Shown here: in pieces, positions 19,601 to 28,734 of the stretch
Layout of the letters: each line of letters begins with the position of its first letter
How positions within the stretch are numbered: the stretch's first letter is position 1
Assembly (NCBI GenBank): GCA_010015585.1
Contig: ML975162.1
Source of the DNA: Eremomyces bilateralis CBS 781.70
Taxonomy: Eukaryota
Direction: 5' to 3' (one strand)
DNA length: 32,322 nt
Position numbers and translations under genes: made by a program
The notes under the pieces: model-generated
Databases searched by the model: none
The model's input: only the letters and a program-made list of their open reading frames with translations
Told to the model about the DNA's origin: nothing

Positions 19601-20485
19601 GAGCTCAATCACGCCGGAGGACAAGGAGGTGCAGAGGTAGCCCACGCAGCCGGTCATCGCGATGGCTCGGGGAATGACCCAACTCAACGTCGAGCGCATC
19701 GTGTTCACCGCCTTCACAGCGCAGGCCAGGATTTGCTCGTCCTTGATCCGATCTTGCTCGAAGAACGTGGGGAGGAGGTCACATATCCTCTTCAACCACC
19801 CGTCCTCGCCGAATCGCAGTTGGTTCCCAACAGCTCTGGTCGGGTATTGCCTCGCCAGCGCCTCTGCCGGGGTTATGATCTCCACGCACGCATGACTGAG
19901 CTCGCCTCCTCGCATCTCCACCGCTGTGTCGTCTTTCGAAAAGACATCCTCGCACAGCGTCTCCAAGATGCTCAGCACCACGCCCTGATGAATGACGCTC
20001 TTCCCCCATAGCCTGACAAGCAACTCGTCCATATCCATCCACGTATCTCCCCACGCGCGTTTCGCCACCTCCACCCACAACTGCGCCGCCTTGTTTCGAA
20101 AGAACGACGGGTCCTCCGCCGACACGCCCTCGGCCAACTGCACCGCACACTGCTGCAGTGCTCGCGTCCCGTTCTCATCCTCGTAGTGCCACCGATACTT
20201 GATGGAGTGCTCGAGCATCGTCAGGCCGAAGTACCGGAGCGCCGGCGGCTGGCTGCGGTCTTGCGCGAGGGCGAAGCCGTGGGCTGGGGCGTCAGGGTCG
20301 CGTTTGGCGGTCTCGAGCCATTCGGACGCACTGCGGCGTGTTTCGTTGGTGGATCGCGGGTCGTAGATGGCGGAGAGGGCTTGGAGGATCAGCGAGAACG
20401 TGTTGGAAGGGTCGCCCGGTGCGGCGGTTCCGGAATTGCCATTGCTGGTGGACGTTGGAGGGGCGGCGGGAGGGAACGCGGACAT
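16661..20485 (-). CDS. MSN5: Exportin-5/Msn5 (importin-beta family karyopherin), ~1254-1274 aa
   Basis: Long HEAT-type ORF: ALSAIYDPRSTNETRRSASEWLE...LRYFGLTMLEHSIKYRW...RNKAAQLWVEVAKRAW..W.DMD...DRFWQSGIS...EMKDESILRQLT. Possible in-frame intron 17406-17347 (GTAAGG...AAG). Confidence 0.88.
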   Translation of the reverse strand: MSAFPPAAPPTSTSNGNSGTAAPGDPSNTFSLILQALSAIYDPRSTNETRRSASEWLETAKRDPDAPAHGFALAQDRSQPPALRYFGLTMLEHSIKYRWHYEDENGTRALQQCAVQLAEGVSAEDPSFFRNKAAQLWVEVAKRAWGDTWMDMDELLVRLWGKSVIHQGVVLSILETLCEDVFSKDDTAVEMRGGELSHACVEIITPAEALARQYPTRAVGNQLRFGEDGWLKRICDLLPTFFEQDRIKDEQILACAVKAVNTMRSTLSWVIPRAIAMTGCVGYLCTSLSSGVIELQISTVEALQAIFARSHIESDEFAEEIIGPMLTGPRADLLRKVYVWTTEQMSDLDEQKYALCKKITELLSYLGTCLERSFSRLGPNAAIAEFLSLIFDVLQNPSLMVSIPVLHLWSKILKSPSFRDSNEVRGMIGNILEICSERLVRYEFLPENTDNLTVLFLKEDMDTLPEQHAFLGNYRRYCTDVIEQIVRSTPLDASRHILSQAASLFTSIQAEQAKFDPNTFSKNSPDNLRIEAQISVVDAAMKGFIKWRNGKGADPVENENDRNGMQDLYEEWCRTLLTLKFQDPEITKRLNTLCVTISTKALPTRPGLAVAVLDHLFNLETRDISAPHQYSEAMQSLESSSATEMQRLAFVFSDHFFTLYDDLERKANHIMANQQLSDRRMQAFRTLLFMLIHRAKTLDENTKQQKLESIIEPVKAAWTNPTLTEGLSSFGSFCEMLAFGSLPDYFQSRGFRQVEDWSAKELDEEGKAIQQNINSRFQGLPLRSTKSFLTASTEKIEDGSPEHEMTCLIWSRAIPVILPNLLKLVGQSQAFNDLTNWSQLPEEMQAVIKRVLTDRFWQSGISTESRETFFAKVSSSKTTYEGFASTIRGTVRQIRESCYWIIYGFIRLKDLFYGIPELPGPLSDALFSNAHALSSHHVSVLLNMSMQLIEYCPVHLRPHFLPKVVSSLFAVLDRKIGSEWEQVTKRVSEQRADDNLADEMKDESILRQLTFNAISLAASLLDPQRNGKDSSKRPIRRTRTLNPSCEDHFSPKQRESGQGESAESTNLATFVLSSPQILEPLLLFITHTLRVRDTRSCNLAIRALRNVAPRFRTPASDPVHVFLADEVLKAAITSFNEPYFVDVQKDLAMLIAQIIQIDSDGQPEQQISRQVLLSLPGLSDPHARSRVDDAVANIRAASGQGMDRKARACVLTLLEGVRGVSIHEMGKVERPAFESQKKPRSKLAEMYMSGVENQGIVRGGEANLAGVASMFGEN

Positions 20486-21133
20486 GGCGTATGGTTGGAT
20501 GTGTTGCAGCGTGAGCGCTGGAGGCTCAGCTGGGCAAATGGATGAAACAGCGGCCGAGTCGTTGGGATGTACCTCGCTGCTGGGTTTGACAAAGTCAGGA
20601 GAGGCTACTCGTTAATGACCTGGAAGTTCTAGCTGTCTGTCTCTCTGCCTGTTTTGTGGAACAGACTGGCGCGAAGGTGGGATGGGCAGCGATGCTTCCT
20701 GTAAAACGATGACAATTACCACATCGCGTTCGAGTAGAGAGGACGAGGAAGCCCTTCAACGTGATTTAATGCCGCGACAATGGTTCACTGGATCAGCCGG
20801 AGGGGTTTGAAGGAAGTTAGGTCTATCAATCACTAGGTGAATCTGGTATCGCCGTATTGGCCACTCGTGCTTGGTAGTGGAACTGTTACATAAAAGCTTC
20901 ACAGCGGAGGGTCGGTGGTGATGGCACGCGACTCCAACGCGGTATCACAGGATCGGAAGAAAACCGCCATTGCCTTGGGCCTACACAAATGGGATGTCTT
21001 TGAATATACTATGAGATGATACCCATTATTATGGGATTATGCATGACTCCGTGTTTTGTCCCTCACCGCCGGCCACGGACGAATTTGATCAATGGATGCC
21101 TTCTCCTAATCTTCCTCTCTGAGCGCAATATGT

Positions 21134-21142
21134 ATGAGTCAT
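21134..21142. promoter_or_regulatory. Optimal Gcn4/CpcA (AP-1-like) site ATGAGTCAT ~650 bp upstream of MSN5
   Basis: Exact match to the ATGA(C/G)TCAT consensus; a second half-match TGACTC lies at 21044. It also falls in the likely GH5 3' UTR, so function is unproven. Confidence 0.3.
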
Positions 21143-21293
21143 GTTTAAGCCCATATCAGCCATAATCCCAGTCACTGCCCAACTCCACTATCTCCACATG
21201 AATAATGAGTAATGCTTCAAAAGTGCGAATTGCTCCTGAACGCCATGGTGCACTCAATACTCTCAGTTGACATGAATACCCATCTGTCAACTG

Positions 21294-23728
21294 TCACATC
21301 ACCACGCAATTCTTTCCTTGATCGCTACACTGCCCCAAATACCCTTCTTCCTCATCGTCCGCCGCGAGGTATGTGCCCGCTTTGCGTTTGATCCCCTTGA
21401 TCGTCACCGTCTGCTCTCCCTCCGCATGCCACCACTTCAACCGCTGAACCACCACACCGTTCTCGTCATCCAGACTGACCGTCCATTTTCCACCCGATGC
21501 CTCGATCTGTGTGACGCTGGATGGGAAATGGAACTCTGGAAGGAACAGCTCGGTGGGGAGATCATCGCTTGTCGCGGACGGTGCATCGAGCGTGAGCGAG
21601 AAGGTGCAGGATTTCAGATCAAAGCCGTAGGAAACAATCTGGCTGTGAGTCACAATAGGGTAGGGGCGTACAAAGGCCTCGGCGGCACGGTAACCGACAT
21701 TGTCGAGCGGCTTTTGCGACATCTGTGACTGCCCAGGATCCGTATTGGCCGATAACGTCTGCTTGAGGTTCCTAGGTGTGACGCCAGAGCTTTCGGATGA
21801 TGCAAGGCTCTCGGAATATGACAACGAGTTGCGGTTGAGGGAAACCTGGGAAAGGTTGCTCATAGCCCTTTCTGGCAAGATTTTGTCCTCGGTTGACAAG
21901 ATCGAGAGATCTTCCCCATTCCACTGGTCGCCCCATTTATGGTCGTTCTGCGAGACTTTGTTAGTTTGAAGTCTTGACCGGACAGAGCGTGGCTAATCCT
22001 CACCTGCACCGCGTATACCCAATATGCAAATCCAGCAGCGCCGCAACCCTCAACAGCAAACATATTCGCATCGAGAGCGGAGATCTGACTGGAGAAGTCA
22101 CCGGTCTTATACGCGTGCTTATCGTCCATATCATATGGGATTCCAATCTCGGTGAACACACACGGACGCTCGCCCATGTTGTCCATGCCTTCTTGGCGAA
22201 TGGCAGACAATTGGTCCCGGAAGCAGTTTCGTATCGCGGTCTCCCCAATCTTAATACCCAGCGCTGGGTGCAGGTACTTGCCTCTCAATATGCCGAATAC
22301 ATCCACGTTCCAAACTCGATTCCTACTGAAGGTCAGTCACAAGTTAGGGATGCAAAGGGGTCCCTTACCATTTCTTGGTCATCAGAGTAATGCCGTCGTA
22401 GAAATGCGGGGCAAACACCATGTTAGGATCGTCGTCTGAAGTCCCCTTGATGGAGGGAGGAATCTCCAGCACAGGAGGCTGGCAAAACATGATTGTTTCA
22501 GGGAAAAGTTTCCGGACCATATCGCGGTACCTTCGGTAGTGGGCCATGAAGTAGCGGTTGGTGAAGTATTCGTAATCGATCGTTTCCCCGGTCTCCGGAT
22601 CTTTCGCAAAGTAATCTTTGTTCAGGAGTGCATCCGTCGACGGGTCCCAGACGCCGCACTGGGCCCAGATACACTCCCCCATCTTCCAACCTGGGTCTCG
22701 CTTCCACCCATACTGGGTATCATCGTAATCGTCGGATAGCCACGCGATCTCGCCCTTGGGATCCACCAGGGTTGACCCGGATTTGTACGGGCCTAATCCA
22801 CCCATATCCCAGATATCGATTTCGCATGCACGGCCCGATCCAAGAAGCATCGCTTGCCAAGCGGTTGGCGACGTCCCCTTCTGTAGCTTTTGCTCGGTTG
22901 GGATGACAGTGAGGTCTTGCCAGCCGATGATACCACGATTCGGTTCGTTCCAGCTTTCCCAACCGATAACGTGGTCCAAGCCACCTGCTTCCTTCATTCG
23001 CTTGGCGAGTTGCTGACAGGCATTCACGAAGTGGTCTTGCAGATAGTCCTGGATATTCTTGCCATCGATGATGGCGAGAGGGGTGAAGGTCTTACCGGCG
23101 AAGAACATCGTGAACATGGTCTGGCATGCAAGCCGGTGATAGTTGGTGGACCAGACCATCTTCGGAAAGTTCTCGGGGTCGGGATGGGTATTGTGAACGA
23201 TTGCGGCTTCGGTGGCCGCGAACTTTTGCGGATCCAGGCCGCACGCATATATTGTCCACATTGGCGATCCTGATCCGCCCGAAAACCGTGACCACTACAT
23301 AAAGATGTCAGACGGAACTAGATCCATTGCAACGCAAAACATACCACATCCTGGTGCGGATCCATGAAGACGTAGAACCCATATTCCTTCGCCAGCCTCA
23401 GAACTTCGATGGTGTACGCAATGTACTCTTCGTCATATCTCCCCGGGCCTGCATGCTCCAGCGCCTCCCAGGTAAAAAGGTACCGGATCGTATTGTACCC
23501 GAACCGCTTTAGTCTTGCGAAATGGGTATGGGCGTCCGAGAGAGAGAACGGCCGTCCAACAAAAGAGACATTGTCGCCGTCGAAAAAATGCTCCAACTGA
23601 TGCGACGGGACGTACGGCGTGGTTGGGAGCTTGCAGTCACCGGAGACATTGATTCCATGAAGGATTACTTCGCGACCGTTGGAGTCACAGAAACGAGTGC
23701 CATCGATCTGAAGTTTGAATGAAGCCAT
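21294..23728 (-). CDS. GH5 endoglycoceramidase-related (EGCrP/sterylglucosidase-like, GH5_12-type) glycosidase, 760 aa, ending in a CaaX box
   Basis: Exons 23728-23345, 23294-22369, 22322-22004 and 21947-21294 (introns 50, 46 and 56 nt, GT-AG). Motifs HGINVSG..KLP, TWEALEHAGPGRYD, MDPHQDVWSRFSGGSG, WNEP (acid/base Glu), TEIGIPYD (nucleophile Glu), WGDQWNGEDLS, RPYP. No signal peptide. Confidence 0.92.
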
Positions 23729-24127
23729 ACCGACAACGACTTCCAAGCGTAATCCAAGCAGGCAATGCGACTTTTTGACGGACTGGATCAGACTATGATA
23801 GGTTCATATACGTCGATGATCTAAATCAAGACTAAAGGAAATCACATTGGATCCGGAGGCGGTAGATACTTATTAAATGAGTAAAACGACCATCGCAGCA
23901 AAGACCACTGCAGCTGATGCGGAAGGTGGGCTTAGGTAGTAGTTCCCGCCTTACGCTGACAGAATTGAGGCATGTAGGTTGCGGAGAAGATGAATTGGAA
24001 TCACACACGGAATCGCACACGGCCGAACGAGCGTCATGCCACAGGGAGCTAAATCGTGCCCTCGCAAGCTCCCCTAAATGGAGTAACGCCGGGTGAATAC
24101 CGGTGTAAGCTGGGGTCTGTATTACCT

Positions 24128-24217
24128 GGCACGTGACATTCAATGTATTTTCAGCCTGTTAGCCTTACAGCCTGACAAGTTTTCCCCTCCTCCCTTGTCC
24201 CCTGAATGTCACGTGCC
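24128..24217. promoter_or_regulatory. Perfect 15-bp inverted repeat (GGCACGTGACATTCA ... TGAATGTCACGTGCC) with two CACGTG cores, in the GH5/DnaJ divergent promoter
   Basis: 24128-24142 is the exact reverse complement of 24203-24217, with a 60-bp spacer. The repeat is seen directly; a regulatory role is inferred. Confidence 0.6.
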
Positions 24218-24485
24218 TTAATCAGCTCGATGTCCGTTCTTGGCGTGATCATCATTATGCCTGAGGCATCAACCCCAGATCGTTCGAGATCCATTTCGTC
24301 AATGTTGCCAAATGTCCAGTTGGCCTTTTCTACGATTTGGAAATATATAATTCTATGAATTCCACTCCTATATCTCCCACCCCTCGGCTTTGGATATTAT
24401 TCACAATCCAACCCCTCTATGCCTTCACATCGGCTTCGAATTCCGCATCACCCTCAAGAATAGCTGCCGCCAGCCGCCCGTCATC

Positions 24486-26112
24486 ATGCGGCTCCCGCTC
24501 GGGACCATCGCCTTCATCGCATTCCTGGGCCCCGCGTCCCAAGTGATCGCGATATCACCCGCCGATATTCCCTCCGATACCCCAGTCTCGAAGCTGTTGG
24601 AATCGGCTAAGGCTAGTTTCGCTGCGGGAGAAGTGCAAGACTCCCTCATATACTACGATGTGGCCATTCAACGGGATCCGAAAGACTACGTTGCGCTGTT
24701 CAGCCGGGCCACCACATACCTTTCCCTCGGTCGACACTCGCAGGCGCTGAACGATTTCGATAAAATCCTCGCGATCAAACCCGACTTCGAAAGCGTCTTG
24801 GTCCAACGCGCAAAAATACGAGCCCGGGAAGGGCATTGGGAGTCGGCGCGGAAAGACTACGAGACGCTGGGGAGCAAGGCAACGCAGGAGCTCGCCGAAT
24901 TGAACGAGGCGGAGAGAGCGGCTAAAGAAGCCGGCATCGCGGCGAAAAAGCAGGACTGGGAAACCTGTGTGAACAGCGCCGGAATCGCGATACAAGTTGC
25001 TGGAGGGGTTTCGGAGCTGCGGAGAATCCGCGCGCAATGTCGCTTCGAGCGAGGGGAGACCATGGAGGCGATTGGAGACCTACAGCACATGCTCCAAGGC
25101 GGTTCCGAGTCGATTGAGCCGCACCTACAAATATCCGCGACCCTATTCTATGGTCTGGGAGAGACCGACAAAGGCGTGGCACAGGTCGTGAAGTGCTTGC
25201 AATCGGACCCCGACTCGAAACCATGCATGCAGATGCGAAGGAAAGAGAAAGCGATCGTCAAACAACTCAAGAAAGTCAACGACTTTGTCGAAAAGGGCCG
25301 ACTTTCACAGGCTACTGCCCTTCTGGTTGGGTCGCAGAGTGAGGATGGCTTGATAAAGCAAGCAGAGGAGGAGATGGCGGAGTACCGGAGCTCCGGGATA
25401 ATTCCTGCGAAAACCAATCAAGGCCTTCGGACCACGCTCGTCGAGATGACATGCGAGGCCTACGTTAATGTGAGTGGTGCCTGTAATGACCTACGAAATG
25501 CTCAAGCTGACCGGCCGTTAGATGAACAACATGAAGAAAGGCGCGAAGTATTGTGACGAAGTGTTGGCATTCAATCCCACCCATCTCGAGGCGTTGGTCG
25601 CCAAGGCGCAGAAGCAGATGGACGAAGAGCTCTGGGAGCCAGCGATCCATACGTTGAACGAAGCCAAACAACATCATTCACAGAACCACCGCGTCCTAGA
25701 GATGCTGCAAAAGGCACAGAAGGCGCATAAGAAGTCACAACAAATAGACTATTACAAGATCCTCGGAGTGTCCCAGGATGCAAACGACAGAGAGATAAAA
25801 AAGGCCTACCGAGGGCTCACCAAACAGTTCCACCCTGACAAGGCGTCCGCTCAAGGCATGTCGAAGGAAGCTGCTGAGAAGAGGATGGCCGAGATCAACG
25901 GCGCCTACGAAATCCTGAGCGATCCGGAACTACGAGCGCGTTTCGACAATGGCGATGATCCAAACAACCCACAGCAACAACAAGGTGCTCCGTTCCAAGG
26001 ATCGCCGTTCGGAGGACCGGGAGGCCAGCAGTTCTTCTTCAGGCAAGGAGGAGGAGGGGGAGGGTTCAGGTTCCCGGGTGGGGGCCAGTTCAAGTTCGAA
26101 GGTGGCTTTTGA
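24486..26112 (+). CDS. ER TPR + J-domain co-chaperone (P58IPK/DNAJC3/Jem1-like), 524 aa
   Basis: Exons 24486-25469 and 25522-26112; intron GTGAGT...GCTGAC...TAG. Signal peptide MRLPLGTIAFIAFLGPASQVIA, multiple TPRs, J domain DYYKILGV...IKKAYR...HPDK...INGAYEILSD, and a G/F-rich tail. Confidence 0.93.
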
Positions 26113-26582
26113 ACGTCCACTACATAGATTTCGATGTATTATTATCTTTGTTTTCAGCATTGCGATGGGAGTCGGGGCGAAAGGGATTTTTTTGGACTGC
26201 CGATGTCCTTACAGACATCATGGCAAGGGGTTGCAGGATACACCATAAATTCCATGGCTTCCTTATTCGATTCCATATTCCAAGGGAAATCGAAAACACT
26301 CAACAATTATTTGCAACATTTGCGACATTTGATATATTTCTCGACGGCTTTGTGAAAGGGTCGCACCCATGGGACACTAATACTTAATTATAGCACATAT
26401 AATGAAGTCACGCTGATCGGGCATCATCGATCGGTAGACCGTCACAGCCCACTTCGCTGCTTCATCCCCTTTTATCCATATCCCCCGCAGCCCTTCTGAC
26501 GGGCCTCTCAATCGCCCAAATGCCTCCTCCGCTCCATTATCCCCGATCATGACTATGACTCTTCTCGCTGTCGGATTCGAAG

Positions 26583-28304
26583 ATGGAAATCGAGGTTTCG
26601 TACAACCTCGAGAGTGAACAGCAATTCTGGGCTGGTAATGTACCCCGCAACGAATTCGGTTCACGCACGATACGAGATAGCATCGCATGTGTGTGCGGTG
26701 CGAGATCCTGTGCGGACCAAATGGCTAAACTGGTGGACATCAATAGAACTCGACGATATTGTTTCGAAACACTGCAATGAGCCCGAGTTAATCGATGATG
26801 CTTTGCGGTCATACCTCCACTTCACCACCCACTTCAAAGGTATGGGCAACATGTCTCTCGGATACCGAACGCAAAGACAATCCAGCGCTGACTCGAAGGT
26901 ACTGGACAGACGATTATCTTCAATCCGACCAAGACATCGCGCAATGTATCTTCAAATTCCTGAACTCGTCCTTGTTCCAGCCGCACAAGGACTACGTTCG
27001 ACGACAGCTCGTCTACAGCCTTCTCCAGGTACGTGACCGATCGGGCAAAACAGGCGTCCACGGCGGCGACTAATGAGCAACCGGGTTGTAGGAAGATGAC
27101 GCTCCTTCATTGCACGTCATCGCGGCGATCCTCCTCTACGACGGGCGAATGCACGACGAGACGTTCATGATGTTCCAACAGGAGGGCGGGTTTCCTCGGG
27201 TGGTGGAGCTTATTCATGCGCCCGTCGCGCAAAATAATGTGGCGCTGCACCGGATGCTCCTGGAGTTGATGTATGAAATGTCGAGGATACAGAGACTTGA
27301 TTGGGAAGACTTAAGTACGTCGAGCGGGTTTCAAAAGCGATAGGATACTGACAGTCCTACAGTAGCGGTTGGCGACAGCTTTATAAAGTATCTTTTCGAT
27401 ATCGTAGAGGGGCTATGGTATGATGCCAGTGATCCCTATCATTACTCCGTCATCCGAGTTCTGGTGAGTCCTCCATGTCCATCCCCATTTGGGCGTCTCT
27501 AACCGACCGAAGCTGGTTCTCAATGAACAATATCTTGTCAACAGCACCTCCGCGACCGTCCCAGGACCGGCCCCCCTCACCAACCGCATCATTAAATTCA
27601 TCAGCACCTACCCACAGCATAAAACCTTCGGCGAAAACCTAATCCTCCTCCTCAACCGCGAGTCCGAGACCTCCCTCCAGCTCCTCATCCTCAAACTCCT
27701 CTACCTCATCTTCTCCTCCCTCTCCACCGCCGAGTATTTCTACACCAACGACTTGCACGTCCTCCTCGACGTTACTGTCCGCAATCTCCTCGACCTCCCC
27801 ATCGACGACAACGCCGCCCAAGCTCTCCGCCACACCTACCTGCGCGTCCTTCATCCCATGCTCGCGAACAGCCAACTCCACCGACCAGGGATGCACTACA
27901 AGCGCGAGGAAATCCGGAAGATGTTGCGGATACTTGTCGGCGGGTTGCCGCCGGATGTGGATGACGTGGACAGCCCGACCGACTCGCCCGTTCAGGACCT
28001 CGGCGCCGGCATGAACGGCGCGGGGCCCCTTTATGGGTTCCATTTCGCGCCGGTGGACCCGACGACGCGGCGGCTGGTGAAGCGGTGCGCGACCGTTCCG
28101 TGGCTGCGCGATGCGGACGAACCGTTGCGATCGGAGACGCCGGTGCAGGAGGCGCAGAAAGACCTGGCCCGGCGGATGTTGGGGATGAGCGTTATGGATG
28201 GGGGGAGCAGTGTGAGCATGATGGAAGTAGCGAAGCATACGGAGAAGCCGGGCGTGATGACGCCGAGTAAAGTGAAACATGAGGAGGATATACAGGTTGC
28301 GTGA
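26583..28304 (+). CDS. LDB17: Ldb17/Dip1 (WISH/DIP/SPIN90 family, DUF2013) Arp2/3 regulator, 459 aa
   Basis: Exons 26583-26634, 26747-26839, 26910-27028, 27092-27314, 27363-27463 and 27513-28304 (sum 1380 nt, open frame). Motifs EQQFWAELDDIV, LMYEMSRIQRL, LVLNEQY, KTFGENLILLLNRE, YFYTNDLHVLLDV..RNLLDLP, LRHTYLRVL. Confidence 0.88.
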
Positions 28305-28734
28305 GCGTTGTCCAGCGTTTGTTTGGCGGAGTCGCTTTTCCTGGTGCGTTGGGTAGCCCACCGGAGCACAGCGAGGCGTTGACGGTGGGGACGGTTCGGC
28401 TTTCATTGCTTCCAGTTCAGTTTGGCCTTTTGACCGGATTATCATTCTACCAAGATGTTTACAGGTGGTTCTGGAATACATGTACACACGCAGGACTTAC
28501 TACTACAGCTCTCTATGCTAGTAGGGTCTATAGGATTCACATTTCTTCCTAGAGTCCGCGAATTAATCCAAATATCATTTAGAGACTAGCATGCGCTATA
28601 TTTCATGCAGTACGGGACCAGATGGCCTCCGGACTCTCGCAATGTACCCCTAATCCAATAAGTATACCGGGTATTCTGCACGTATATAAAATCGCCAACA
28701 CAAAAAACAATGGGGCTTCTTAGCGCTTCTAGGG

